Part shown: piece after piece, positions 37,104 to 51,935 of the stretch
Layout of the letters: each line of letters opens with the position of its first letter
Position numbering within the stretch: the stretch's first letter is position 1
The notes under the pieces: generated by a model
Told to the model about the DNA's origin: nothing
Seen by the model: only the letters and a program-made list of their open reading frames with translations
Databases searched by the model: none
From: Octopus sinensis
Lineage: Eukaryota
Assembly: GCF_006345805.1 (NCBI RefSeq)
Contig: NC_042998.1
Location: 85,002,001-85,066,000 of the forward strand
Length of the DNA: 64,000 nucleotides
Reading direction: 5' to 3'
Program-made: the position numbers and the translations under genes

Positions 37104-39084
37104 CCGGGATTTTCCGAAAATCCGCCCAGGGCTGTTAAAAGGAAAATTCTATTTTACAAAACTATTTTTTGGCTTAGATAACCGCCCTCCTATAAAAAGC
37201 GCCCATGGGCGGTAATATGGAAGTAAAATATTTCACCTAGGAAAAACAGATATTTTCAAAAACCATATTTATTTTATACAATTCCATTGAACTTCCATCG
37301 TTTCAGCTATCAGATATATAGGGTTAGGGTTATATATATATAGACATAAAGATATACAGACATAAAGAAACTGAAACAGCCTTAAAAGAAGTAGCATATA
37401 AAACATATTCTGAAGTTAACAATGGATCTATTAGGAAATATTTAAAATTAAATCGTTGAAAACATGAATAGAAGCCTCATATGAACAAAATAATGTCCTT
37501 GGGCATTTATGGTAGAATAATAACCGAATAGTTTCAAGTTAAATGTCACGAATTTCTTCATTTGTTGCTTGGCTATAATTCACATCAGAGCTAATTTCAC
37601 TTACTTGTATCTCATCTTCTTCAATTTTGTCATTAGGTGCATCTGGCACATTTACCTCAAGGCCAGACAAAACATCCTGTAAGCGTGAGTTTAAGAGGCT
37701 ATGTTCTACAGTCTGTCCACGAGGAGCGATCGATTCCACAACATTCAAAAGCACGCTTTATAGTTTCTTTATTTAAAGTAGTAACAGCTTGGGTCACAAA
37801 GTTCACTATCTCTTGATAAGAAAGTTTTTTGTGATATCCTTTATTTGTATACTCCTTTTGCCATTTGAAAACCAATCCTCCCATTCAGTACGAAGGGCTT
37901 TCTTGAAAGGACCAATAATTGATACATCTAACGGCTGCAAGTAAGATGTTGTATCAGGAGGTATAAGTTTAAGAATTGTATTCCTACGTTTGAACACTTC
38001 TATGAGCTCTGTTTTCTTGTGCACTGAGCATTCATCCATGAATAGCACTGAATTTTGAGCATGGAATACTTGTGCTGTTCTCTGCCCAAACACTTTGTCA
38101 GCCCACAGCTCCATGAGTTCATATGTGATTGATCTCCTGTTGGAGACTGTTAAGTAAATATTCTTTGGGACCTTGATTTTATGCATGTTTTTCAGTCCTT
38201 TAAGGATAATCATTGTTTTCAATACCTTTCCTGCAGCATTAACATACAACACAGCAGTAAAACGATCTTTGGTAGCACCACACTGGCTAGCATCTACATT
38301 TTTATTGTCAACAAAGTCTATGGTTGTTGAACACAACATGTCAACGCATACAGGTGTTTCATCCATATTATAAATCTGGCCAGCATCCTTATCTGCTGTT
38401 AATATGGAATGCTATCTAGATAGTCACTGGCGATGTGTGCCTTTTCTCCAAGTGTTTTATTGTCTGCTTGACCAACATGTGTAATCTTTCTCACAGTCAG
38501 TTTATTCCGTTTCGTGAAATTGAAAATCCATTTATTAGAACATCTAAAGCTGTTCATTTCAATTCCAAACCTTTTTACCAATTCAAAAGGATATTCCCGT
38601 AAACGGCGATAATTTACAATTATATTGTTTGCACGCTGAACAACAATCCACTGTAAGTGTTCAATCTCTGTGTGCTGGTCCTCTACCTCCACCAATTTGA
38701 TCTGTACCTCCTCTTGTCTGACATTGATTAACTCAGTTTCATTGATTAACTCAGTACACCATTCTCTCAATCGTTTTCTTTCAATACCTAAGTCTCTTGG
38801 TGCAGCAGATAAATTGCCAGAATGTTCTTTCACTCGTTTAATAGCACTCAATTTTTCACTAATGGTATATGATCATTGATACGTTTTGATATATTTTCTT
38901 TCGACTCCATTATTGGGAATTAAAATCCTTTGAATTTATCTACAGACGTAGAGCAAATGAACGTCTAAACAGAATGCAAGCAAGAACACTAACCCTGTTT
39001 CAATTTTTAACTACAAATAACCGCCCATCCAAATAAACACCCATGGTTGATCTAATGGATGGGCGGATTTTCGGAAAACCCCTG
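37104..39084 (-). mobile_element. pogo/Tigger-family DNA transposon, complete ends, decayed transposase
   Basis: 25-bp TIRs (37104-37128 and 39060-39084, 2 mismatches); TA TSDs at 37102-03 and 39085-86. Confidence 0.92.
37539..38910 (-). pseudogene. pogo-type transposase: HTH-psq, CENP-B-type HTH and DDE_1, frameshifted
   Basis: ATG at 38910; AIKRVKEHSGNLSAA.RDLGIERKRLREW; FRCSNKWIFNFTKRNKLTVRKITH; NMDETP; KDRFTAVL; LFMDECSVH; IPPDTTSYLQPLDVSIIGPFK. Confidence 0.9.
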
Positions 39085-40576
39085 TAATAGCAGTGATGAA
39101 TAAAAACTTATTTTTACTTCTGTTGCATCGATGCTGGATGGTTCAACCAGTATATAGGTCTGGGTCCCGAGGATCTAACTGGAGCTTGAATATCTGATGA
39201 ATCCTTCTCTAAAAATAAGAAAAAAAAATTACAGTGACCTGAATTTTAAGACTACTCCCGCAGTAGGGGAGCCTTATATAATTTTCTTTTCGCTTCTCTT
39301 TTAAAAAACACCCATAGTTGCGTCTGTCTGGTCTTCCACGCAGATCACTTCCAGCAGATAAATTTTTTTAATGTGGAAATTTTAAAATATAAGGCGGAAC
39401 ACCATCATGGCCAAAGTCTTAGTGACTGAAACAAGAAAATGAAAGAATATTATCAATGTATTGAGTTTGTGAAAGTACAAGTAATATAAATGAATCGTTT
39501 ACAAACTATGCCCTGGCGCAGACAGCTCGCTTTGCATCCACGTGAGTTCGGATTCAGTCCCACAGTAAGGTACCTCTAGTAAGTGTCTTCTACTATCGAC
39601 CCGAGCCGGCCAATACCTTGTAAGGTGAATTTGGTTGACGGAAACTGTGTTGAAGCCCATCGTATATATGTGTGTTTGTCTTTGTTCCCCACCAGTGTTT
39701 AACGGCAGTCGGTGTTGGTTTGTTTACGCCCCCTTAACTTAGCGGTTCGGCAAAAAAGACCACTAGAGTAAGCACCAGGGATCTTTGGGTTTCGTCACTG
39801 ATTGACTGAAAATTCTAAAAATTATCAAGCTTTGAACACCTGTAACATTTTCGCTAATTTTTTTTTTAATAAATAAATGAATAACAAATTCCGATTCAAC
39901 ATCAATAATTACATGTATGATACATTAAAATATTTCTCAGAGATTTCGACATGCAGTGACGAAAACCACAAAGATCCAGTACCAAAAGTGCTAGGATCAA
40001 TTTGTTCGATTAAACACGAGGTGGTGCCCCAGCATGGCCATAGTTCAATGAAAGAAGTAAAAGAATAGTTTTTTTTCTTTTTAACTAGTTAATAAAAGAC
40101 AGTTGGATCTGTTTTTCTTTTACTTTCATCAAATTTTCTGTCGAGTATAACTTCCGGTAGACAAGAATAAAAAAGTGGAAATAAATTCTAAAATAAAACA
40201 AATACATGCATAGTTGTAGAAATAAAAACAATAAATAAATAAATAACTGAAAATTCCTTTCTAAAATTCGGTCATCTTCCTCTGTCTATCAACTGCCAGA
40301 CGTATAGTGTCACACGCAAACACCCACTACCTGATGTAATAGGAGCCCAACCCTTGTCTGTTCGGACACGTCACTCACCAAGTCTAGGTCAGGCCCACCG
40401 TAGAATCATCGTAACGTTTCTTTTAGGGTTTCTCATTAGATTGGTTGGGAGGTGCGGTTTAATGAGAGTTTTTTTTTTGTTTTGTTTTTGTCTTCGTGTC
40501 TGTTCTTGTTTGTGTCAGTGATGGTGACCTTATTAATGTATGTGTATATGTATGTATATATATATATATATATATA

Positions 40577-40981
40577 AAGAGAGAGAGAGAGAGAAAGAAA
40601 GAGAGAGTGAAAGTGAGTGGCTGTATGGTAAGAAGCTTTCTTCCCAACCACATGGTTCCAGGTTCAGTGCCACCTTGGGTAAGAGTCTTCTACTATTGTC
40701 TCAGGCCGTCCAAAGCCTTGTAAGTGATTTGCTCGACGGAAACTGAAAGAAGCCCATTATATATATATATATATATAATATATATATATAAAGAGAGAGA
40801 GAGAGAGAGAGAGAGAAAGAAAGAGAGAGTGAAAGTGAGTGGCTGTATGGTAAGAAGCTTTCTTCCCAACCACATGGTTCCAGGTTCAGTGCCACCTTGG
40901 GTAAGAGTCTTCTACTATTGTCTCAGGCCGTCCAAAGCCTTGTAAGTGGATTTGCTCGACGGAAACTGAAAGAAGCCCATT

Positions 40982-41013
<32 letters not shown>

Positions 41014-41030
41014 ATATATATATATATATT
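40577..41030 (+). repeat. Two near-identical tandem units of about 215 bp (SINE fragment plus (GA)n and (TA)n)
   Basis: The units differ by about one indel (gtgattt vs gtggattt) plus microsatellite length. Confidence 0.9.
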
Positions 41031-41066
41031 ATATATATATATATATATAATATATATATATATATC

Positions 41067-41440
41067 GTGATACTCCGTTGGTTACGACGACGAGGGATCC
41101 AGTTGATCCGATCAACGGAACAGCCTGCTCGTGGAATTAACGTGGCTGAGCACTCCACAGACACGTGTACACTTACCGTAGTTCTCGGGGAGATTCAGCG
41201 TAACACAGAGTGTGACAAGGCTGGCCCTGTGAAATACAGGTACAACAGAAACAGAAAGAAAGAGTGAGAGAAAGATGTGGTGAAAGGGTACAGCAGGGTT
41301 CGCCACCATCCCCTTCCGGAGCCCCATGGAGCTTTAGATGTTTTCGCTCAATAAACACTCACAACGCCCGGTCTGGAAATCGAAACCGCGATCCTACGAC
41401 CGCGAGTCCGCTGCCCGAAACACTGTGTCATTGCGCCTCC
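41067..41440 (-). mobile_element. tRNA-Arg-like-headed SINE, tail type B
   Basis: Same head as 10556 and 20417 up to the ctttctctcactctttct run, then a different body (gccagccttgtcacac...gtggagtgctcagccac) that is also seen at about 62775-62880. Confidence 0.85.
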
Positions 41441-41632
41441 ACACACACACAATGGGCTTCTTTCAATTTCCGTCTGTCAAATCTACTCACAAGGCTTTAG
41501 GCGGTCCGAGGCTATAGTAGAAGGCACCCAAGGTGCCACGCAGTAGGATTGAACCCGGAACCATGTGGTTGGGAAGCAAGCTTCTCACCACACAGTCACG
41601 CCTGCGCCTAAATAAAAGAAAAAAAAGCAGGT

Positions 41633-41704
41633 AGGTCTCACCTAAATTTGAACTTCGGTCGCTGGATTCAAAGTCCAGAGTGCTAACCATTACACCATGA
41701 AACC
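41633..41704 (-). tRNA. trnQ-UUG: tRNA-Gln (anticodon TTG), T-stem-disrupted, possibly a pseudogene
   Basis: GGTTTCATGGTGTAATGGTTAGCACTCTGGACTTTGAATCCAGCGACCGAAGTTCAAATTTAGGTGAGACCT. Seven-bp acceptor stem; perfect anticodon stem CTGGA/TCCAG; two mismatches in the T stem; oligo-T terminator 6 nt downstream. Confidence 0.8.
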
Positions 41705-43154
41705 ATCTTACATTCATTCAGCCATGCGGCTGCGGTCATGCTGGAGTGCCACCGCGATTTTGTACTTTTACGTATCATTCTTCGGCTGATTTCTTCGGGG
41801 TGACGGGATTCTCCTGCAACCACTCCTGCATGTACTTTTCCGATTGGTTGTTGGTCCATATATATGTGTGTGTGTTTTGTATACATCCTCTTTCTATTCT
41901 TACCCTCCTCCATCATCATCATAATACAGTCATTGTCTTACTTTGTCAATGGTAAACGATACACCCACCTACGCACGCACACACATTGATAGAATGAATA
42001 AGAAATAAATTTCAGACTTTTTGTTCTTTTCTTTTAGTGTCTATTGATAATTGTACTTGTGATAGAGAGCCTCTGTTGTTTCCGTCTTCTTCACTACCAC
42101 CACCTATTTTTCTCTTTCGTAATATACCCGCAGAGAACACTCTATCTCACAACACAAACATTGATATTGATGAACGACAAAAAATTTGATCAATCCTCCT
42201 AACATATACAGTGGAAATAACTTCTTAATTCAATTCTTTCTACTATAAACATAAGACCGGAAAGTTTGAGGGAGGGGACTACACGATTACATCGACTCCA
42301 TTTCTCATCTTATAAAAGTCAGCTTCGGCAGAATTTGAATTCAGAAACAAATGCCCCTAAGCATTTTATCCGATGTACTAGAGTAATGCCAGCTCACCGT
42401 CGCCTTCTTAGACCCGAAAAATATTAATAATAATAACAATGATTTTAAATATCTTGTGGGAAAGTTTTTGTAACATACATTTTATAGAAATGTGTCTCAC
42501 AGTGAAACACAGCTGTGAAATCACTCAGATGGTTATAGCGAACAAAGTCATTTTGTCCTGTGATACATACATGGAAACATTTATGTATGGCTGTATTTGT
42601 TGTAAGACGTTTAGAGTGAACAGGAAATGCCCCATAAAAATATACAACTATTATCTTCGAAGCATAGCTTATATACACACGAACACATATCTACACATTC
42701 ATATATACGTATACATCTATACAAACATACGCACACATGCTCATACGTACATAATTAAAACTGTTGTCCGAAATTTCTGTGTAAATGTGTGTACTTTTGT
42801 ACTTAAATGCTGGTCGTTCTTTATTGGAGGAATTTAAAGAATAAGAACATTAGATAGAATACATTCGCGTGTGTGTGATGGCGTTCATCTACCTATCTTT
42901 AATTTAACGCAATATTGCATATGAAGAGATAATGATCCTTAGCTGGCTAAGTATAACAGTAAGGAGGTTGTTAGAGAAAGAAATAAAAGGTTTGTTTGTA
43001 AGTTTTCAAATTGTTTTGAACCGAATAACAAAAAATCTGGAGGAAATTTGCTATTAAGGAAGGTTCGGCTCGCTGTATGAACAACAACTAACTTATTTGT
43101 CAATTCCGGTGAGCGTGCGTGCGTGCATCTGTATAATTACGTTAAACTCACGAG

Positions 43155-43246
43155 CGTATATACACACACGTACATACGTACGTTCATACATAAGTACATG
43201 CATACATACACACACACATACATACATACGTACATACATACATACA

Positions 43247-43278
<32 letters not shown>

Positions 43279-43664
43279 AAACACACACACACACATACAT
43301 ACATACATACATACATACATACATACATACATACATACATAGACATAATCATACATACACATAGATACACACGTACATATATACATAATACGCGTTTTGT
43401 ATACACACATGTATATACATACATACATGTACGTACATACACGTATATACATACGCGTTTTGCATACACACATATGTACATAGATGCACACACGTACATA
43501 CATACACTTACATACATATACACATGTACATGCATACATGCATACATACACACATACATATATACATACATACGTGCACATAATCATACATACACACATA
43601 TATACAAGCTTTACGTACACACAAATATGTATGTACATACATACATACATACATACATACTGAC

Positions 43665-43695
<31 letters not shown>

Positions 43696-43700
43696 CAGAC
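43155..43700. repeat. (TACA)n/(CA)n/(GACA)n low-complexity tract
   Basis: Directly visible; source of ORFs 43093-43759. Confidence 0.92.
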
Positions 43701-44034
43701 AAACTGACAGCAGAGACATGATCTAGGATGTTGGAAAGAAATAATGTTGAATAGTTCAAATCAGTTGCTCAATAGATGTCAAAATAATATTAAAGATGGA
43801 TGAAAAAGAAAATGAAATTTCCACAGTTACTTCATCCAGACTAAATTTAGATTTTTATCCTTAGTTATTAGAGCATTTGGTTACATAACTGCTGCTTCAG
43901 TAACAATCTTTAGAAGCTAAGTTTCACAAAACAAAGAACACAACTAAGCAAGAGATTACAACTACAAGCTATCAAAGACAATGTTAAGATGTGTAAAATG
44001 TTCAAAAAGTTTAGCATATTAGATACATATACAC

Positions 44035-44290
44035 AATCATCATCATCATTGTTCGACCGTGGTCGAGACAATGAAATTTACCATGCTACGCCAGACTTCA
44101 CGGTCCATCATTGCATTACGGAGGTCCTGTTGCTGGATGCCTGTATCCCTGGAGATTACATCAGTGTAGGAGAGTGTGCGCCCTCTGGTATTGCGAGTAG
44201 ATGGCTTCCAGAGGAGAAGAGTAGAAATTACTTCTTTTTCAGCTCTACAACAATGTCCAGCAAACTGGACTCTCCTACCTTTCACAATAA
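44035..44290 (-). mobile_element. RTE-type LINE 3' fragment
   Basis: RRVQFAGHCCRAEKEVISTLLLWKP...RGRTLSYTDVISRDTG...AMMDREVWR, followed by a (TGA)n tail. Confidence 0.8.
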
Positions 44291-45612
44291 TAGCAATGCC
44301 TGCACCTATGTGTGCACATATGCTTATAGGGATAAACACATACACATGCATGTATACATACGAGATTATGATGTTCATGTTGTGGAAATTGCAATGTAAA
44401 AGCTTTGCATTAAAATTAGAAACTTGTTCATTCTTCATTGGTAAGAAATTCAGTAAATAAAACCAGTAAAATGCACACATGTGCTTCAAAGATTGAAGCT
44501 AGTATGCTTTGCTGGATGTGCAATGTCAGGAAGACATGGAATGAGGAGGTGAAACATGATCTTCAAACATTGAACCTGATGCAGATATGGCTGTGTAGTT
44601 AGGAATTTTCCTTCCCAATCAGTCCCACTGCACAGCACCCCGGGCAAATGTCTTCTATTGAAAGCCTGAGTCAACCAAAGCTTTGTGAATGAATTTGATA
44701 GATGGAAACTTATAGAAGCCTTCCCTCTCACTACACAAACACAGACACACACTCAACACACACTCTCCCTCATACACACATGCACACGCACACACACTCA
44801 CACTCTCTCTCGTACACACACGCACTCTTGTACATACACACACACACTCTCTCTCACACATGCACACACACACACACACACATACACACACTCACACTCT
44901 CTCTCTCGTACATACGTACACACACAATATGTGTGTGTGTGTGTGTACTTGTTTACATCTCTGTTCCATGAAAGTCACTACAAGTGCTGTTGTATTCACT
45001 TCTGTCAACAAATTGCTCACTTTACACCTTTGAAGATATATGGAATAAAAGATCCCTTTGAAAATGAGTTAAGGACTAGTGACTATCTATTTGTAAAATA
45101 ATGCTTGAATATGTTCATCTAAGCCATGTTAGTATGGAAAGACAAGATGTAAAACAAATGACCAAATATAAAGTTATTATTGCTGGTTTTAACATTAAGG
45201 AAAATGTTTCTAGTAAAAAAATAACTTTCTCAGGAATGTGTGAGTGTGTACGTGTCTATGCGTTTTTAAATATAATTTGCTTCATAAATGCATTGACATC
45301 AGATGTTAAATTGATTTGCTATATTTATTGATTTTAAATTGTTCTGAATCATTACTATTTCATTGATTATACCTTCCACCAATATCATAGTATCAAATGT
45401 AAACTTTGTAATTTCTTACATGTGGGTCAAACCAGATGTTGCTTTGGGTGGTGGTTTCAAACTATCCCAATAAACTACATTAGCGAAATATTTTTGTTGC
45501 TCGCAACCTTTTTTTTTTAATAACAAAATAGAGTTTGCATCCATTCAAATATTTCCACTCTGCGTATTGAGTAAATTCCAGTCCTTTCCATTTAAGCAGA
45601 AATACATTATAA

Positions 45613-45661
<49 letters not shown>

Positions 45662-46331
45662 ATATGATGCAAAATAAGAAAATGGAGAAATACACCTTAA
45701 TCAATAATAAACTACCAGATAATACCCATTCACATAATTTATTAACCAACTACATATGAACATAAGGTCAAACATAATAGTACAGAAAAAAACAGTGCAC
45801 ATCAATGAGTAATATGATATAATAAGTACAATATGTATAAATAAATATAAATAAATATAAATATAAATATAAACTATATCTTACAGCTGTTTCAGCCATG
45901 TAGATATGAGTATCTCATTATGCTCATATTAGCCAGGTGTGATAAGTTAATATGTGGTTATAAATGAGACACTTACAAATATATTCCAAGGCCTCTTCAG
46001 AGATTAAAAAGTACAATCTAAATATGAATATCAGAGAAGGTACACCCATACAAGAATGGGTACATATACATAATATATAATATACACATACATATAAGTG
46101 TATATACCGATGCACCTATATATATACGTATATACATAATAATATATAATAATATACATACATATATATAAGGTTACAGTTAGTCAAATCACTATATTAG
46201 AATATTACAATATACAAACATACACATATCTATATGCAAATGTACATATACAAAGTCAAGAGTTCATTGTATTAAGTTACAAAATGCCATTAATATTACT
46301 ATTATTATCATTATTATTGTTATTATTACTA

Positions 46332-46367
<36 letters not shown>

Positions 46368-46454
46368 CATTAATAATAATAATACCAGTAAAATAATATG
46401 TGCATTACAATATACAACAGAGTGTAAGTATCTTGAGAGAAAAGCTAGCTATAA

Positions 46455-47100
<646 letters not shown>

Positions 47101-47599
47101 GTATGTATGTATATATGTGTGTGTGTGTGTTTATGAATGTGAAGGCGCATGGCTTAATAGCTAGGGTGTTGCACTCATGATTGCGAAATCATGAGTTCAA
47201 CTCCCAGACCTAGTGCTGCTTTGTGTTCGTGAGTAAAGCACTTCATTTCATGATGCTCTGTAATCATTTTGACATCTGACATGTGGCACCCAATTGCACC
47301 TGTCCAGGTAATGTCAATCTGATAGAGGGAATGAGCTTATGTCTACACAAACATTTGATCACTATAAACAAATCATCTCTGTGTTTGTTTGGTAAGAAAT
47401 TGTCGAACCCTCATATGTTGTCTAATGATGGAAGAGTCCATTATTATTTATTTGTTTGTTTGTTTGTATGTATGTATGTATGTATGTATGTATGTATGTA
47501 TGTATGTATGTATGTATGTAGTATGTATGTATGTATGTATGTAGTTAGTTAGTTAGTTCAAAAGTTAAATTTCTGCAGAAGGTGTCAATCACTAGTTTC

Positions 47600-47648
<49 letters not shown>

Positions 47649-49329
47649 TTCTGAATGAATTTGTTGAACTTTGTTTAATAAGTCAAGTCATATACTTATT
47701 ATTTCTACACAAGTTATCATACCATATGAATTTATATAAGAAAATTCGAAAGTAAAGTATGAAGAAAAGACATTATATGTCTTTGGAAATAATTCCAATT
47801 AAAGGATGAACTTACATTCATCCTATCTATCTATCTATCTATCTATCTATATATATATATATATATATATGAAACTAGTGATTGACACATTCTGGAGAAA
47901 TTTAACTTTTGAACTTCAAGTCCTGAGAGAGAAAAAAATAAAGTAGGTTAATGTAAATTTACAGTTGAAGAATTCCTCATTGTCATCATCATGTATAGGA
48001 CGCTGTCACATAAAGTACTTGACTGAATTACAACCAACCAGTAATTGGTGAATGCTTCCAGAGGTGTGTCAGTGTGATCTGATCAACAAAGAAATGAAAC
48101 TATCAAATAAAGCAATTAACTTCATAGGCTGGCTATTGTTAAATTTATTTGTCTGACTTCTCTATTATTTGCTGGCCTTTCAACAATCTTGCCCAATGAT
48201 ATCCACAAGAAAACCTTCTCACACAAGACTGTTATTTTTCCATTATCTTTGTTGTTACTGCTTAGCCTTGGGTCAATTGCAATCAAATGAGCCTTTGATA
48301 AAGTTATACAAGTTGTGACCACTACATTATCTTTATCATCATCATTATTGTTTCATGTCCATGCTCGTGTATTGGATGGTTTGACAGGATCCTATAGTCC
48401 AAGGATTACATCATACTCCAGTGTCTACTTTGGTATGATTTCTATGGCTGGATGCCCTTTCTAACATTGATCACTTTACAGAATGTATTGTGTGCTTCTT
48501 TTGTGCTACCAGCACTAGTGAGGTTGCCATGCAACTTGCAAGACTGTAAAACCTGAGGCAGGGCTTTATGCTAGGAGACGAGCAATCAAAGTATGAGGAA
48601 AGGTGTGATGAGAGGGAGCAGGTTTTTGTTATAGAGGAGCAACACGGCTACTTATTGGTCAGGGTTGATAATGCAACTGTACCAGCAAATTTCATTTCCA
48701 TCTGGTAAGTTCCTCTCCAAAATGCAGGCTCAGGAAAGCTTTATTACTGAAGACCAGTTGCCTGTGCATGAAAGTTTACCATCTTCATACCATCAACATT
48801 GGGCAAGGGTCCAATACAGCTCAGTGGCACTAGAGGCATTATCTTTAGAAGACAAAGAGTTGGGATTAATACTTCAAAGCATCTTGCATTATTCTGTAAG
48901 AAAGGTTAAATGTCTTTACCTTGGATACAACAAAAAGCTAATAACACAAAATATCTATATGAGCTTTTCGTTTTTCTACTGATGGTTTGGCACCATATCA
49001 ACTTGGTCATTTGTAGTTCTTGTGAAAACCATCTTTTAAAGAATTTAGGAGTAAAAAAATAGAAATTTTCTGTAATCTGTCTCTCCATAACAATATCTCT
49101 TGGTGTGTATGCAAATTAAATGAATAGAAAATTTGTTTGAAATTTAAAAAATTTACTTCCACTTTTTAACCCTGCAACTTATTATTATTAGTATTATTTA
49201 TAGAACTATATAAACCATCAAACTTTCAGCTGATTGTTTGAAACCATTTCTACTTACTCATTTGTGGTTCTTGGAAAACATAATCCATTAAAGAATCAAA
49301 GAAAAATTTTTTACTTGCTTGATTTCAGA

Positions 49330-49920
49330 CCCTCTGAAGCTGGTGATACAGACACTTTTAAATGTTCTGTTTAAACTGTTGCAGGTTGACAGCTGTAGGA
49401 AAGATATGAGTAGGAAGGAGATTTCCAAAGGGCTGATGTCCTGGAGAAGAAGGAGTAGGCATAGTTGTTTGTGTAATTTGTGTAGGGAAAGGGGCAGGGT
49501 TGAATGGTTGATGAGATGAGGGAAGACGAGTGGGTTGGGAGTGTGTGAATTGTAGAGGTGTGAGACCAGCGATCTCCAAGGAGCAAAGGCCATTATAGTA
49601 GCAATAGAAAAGACACAAGAAAGAGGCAGGGCTAGAGGTTGGAGGTGTCCACTTGTGACAGAAAGTCAATCAGCAGAATTGCTCTTTCCTGGATGTAGTC
49701 TAGAATGTCAGTGTGCATAGCAGCAGCACCATCCCAGATGGGCATCACTTGCACCATGTAGAATATCAGCAGCTGTTGGGGGCTAAAATATCTTCTCACC
49801 ATAAAGAGAAGGGCTAGTTCTTGAAATGAGGTGCAAGTAATGCTAATGATGCTAAGGATGTGTTTTTACCAAGGGATATTCTTCAGTGACAACGGGGTCC
49901 AGCATTTAGAAATAAAGCAA
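49330..49920 (-). mobile_element. Decayed CR1/L2/Jockey-group LINE 3' fragment
   Basis: Minus strand YFSPQQLLIFY...IWDGAAAMHTDILDYIQERAILLI...ASFLCLFYCYYNGLCSLEI, resembling the post-RT region of that group. Confidence 0.55.
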
Positions 49921-50979
49921 CAATATTTTAAGGGTTTTTGGTGTGTACATAAATGAAATGAACAGAGAAGTAATTTATTAGAAATTAAAATATTCTTGTC
50001 CACCTTTTAACCCTATAACTTAGAATTATTATTATTGTTGTTTTTAGTTAGTTAGTGGTGAATAAACTGGTCAGGTAAATACTGACTTGTATATAATTAA
50101 AATGAGATACAATTGGAACTACTGGAACCCAATTTTATATAAGTACATCTAAGCACTTGAACTCTCATTAACTGAAAATTTCTGACTCACTGCAATAAAA
50201 TTTGCTTTATCAAACACTAAGTTTTTGAAAAAATTTTTGGTTTCATTTGCTTTAGCTTGTTTTGAAAGCAAAGTATAATTAATGTGGCCTTGGACTGCAA
50301 GATTGGCTTTCAAAGTAGAAAAGTAGAAATTGAAGTCAAAGAGAACACTTAAAAGAAGAAAACAAAAAGAAAAATTTAGTCTTACACACAAATATATACA
50401 TATATATGTAGATACACACAAACATGTTATTAAATGGTATACACTTCTAAACAAGAATTTAAGAGTGAAAACAAAAGACAAACGTTTCTCACTTGTTTGT
50501 CATATATATGCTATTGTGGCATGACAGAGAGCTCATATATTATATTCTTGACTGTTAATCAAAGATGTCTGGTTTCTTTATTGTGAATAGGATTTATTGT
50601 TATTGTCCACTTTAAAACTGATGTCTAAAATTTTATATTTTTTAATAATGATTCATTTACAATCTTATAGATATTAATACTATGAATTACTCATTCACAT
50701 GCACGCATGTGTGCACGCACACGCACACATACACACCACACACACATTCACATACACACACATACACTCACATGCACACACATACACTCACATGCCCGCA
50801 CATATACATACATACATGTATGAATATATTCCAAGATTTATCATTGGCACATACAGGTTCTGAACCAAAACAGAGAAACATTATCTAAGATTTCTGTAAA
50901 GTTTTAAACAAATTTTTAAACATCATCATCATCATCATCATTGTCATCGTCGTCGTCGTCATCATCATCATCATCATTA

Positions 50980-51200
50980 GAAGGCGGCAAGCTGGCAGAA
51001 TCATTAGCATGCCGGGCAAAATGCTTAGCGGTATTTCGCCTGTCGTTAAGTTCTGAGTTCAAATGCCACCAAGGTTGACTTTGCCTTTCATCCTTTCATC
51101 CTTTCGGGGTAGATAAATTAAGTACCAGTCAAGCATTGGGGTCAATGTAATCGACTTGTCCCCTCCCCCAAATTTTAGGCCTTGTGCCTATAGTAGAAAC
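50980..51200 (+). mobile_element. aaggcggc SINE copy with CpG decay
   Basis: Same family as 24836 but with CG-to-TG/CA changes (ggcaagc, atcatt, gcatgc, ccaagg, gttgac, gtcaat). Confidence 0.85.
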
Positions 51201-51623
51201 GATTATATGTCCACTTTCTATGCTAGCATGGGTTGGCTGGGTGATTATGGCTTGAGTCAGTCCTTATTCTTATACAGGAGTTACTGCTTAGTGGTTAGAG
51301 AACCAAGTCATGCTAAAATGTTTCATATTTGGTTTAGTTTTCATAACTGGATATCTTTCTTATCACTAATTACATTACAGAGTGTACAGGGTGCATTTTA
51401 GTAAGGCCCAGCATTAGCATTCTATTTAACCCTTTTGATACTAACATGCCTACAACCATCCTTGGTTCTATGATATCAACTTCATGTTTCAAAATGATTT
51501 AAATTAAAATCTTCCATTAGAATTTCACATTGTGTCCCAAACACCAGCTTAATAATATCAAAATTATTTTACTAAATTCTGTATCATTTTCAAAATTAAT
51601 TAAGGTATGTATTTTAACTGAAA

Positions 51624-51935
51624 GTGGAGGCACATGGCCTAATGGTTAGAGCATTGGATTCGTGGTCAAGGGATCACAGGTTCAAATCTCAGACCAGGCA
51701 ATGTGTGTGTTTATGAGTAAAACACCTAAGCTCCATATGGCTCTGGCAGAAGGTAATGGCAAACCGCTGCTGACTCTTTTGCCACGACTTTCTCTCACTA
51801 TTCCCTCCTGCATCAAGCAGCTCACCTGCAAAGGACCGGCATCCCATCCTGGTGGAGAACCTATACGCCAATGAAACTGGGAAACCAGCCATTATGAGCC
51901 AGGCATGACTTGAGAAGGAACAAACAACAACAACA
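51624..51935 (+). mobile_element. tRNA-headed SINE, CpG-decayed
   Basis: ggaggcacatggcctaatggttagagc...ggttcaaatctcagacc...aaaacacctaagctcc; head related to 10556. Confidence 0.75.

Noticed and set aside
39160-39215. Possible next exon after 24786
   Set aside because: Weak polypyrimidine tract, stops within about 15 codons in all joined frames, and no donor.
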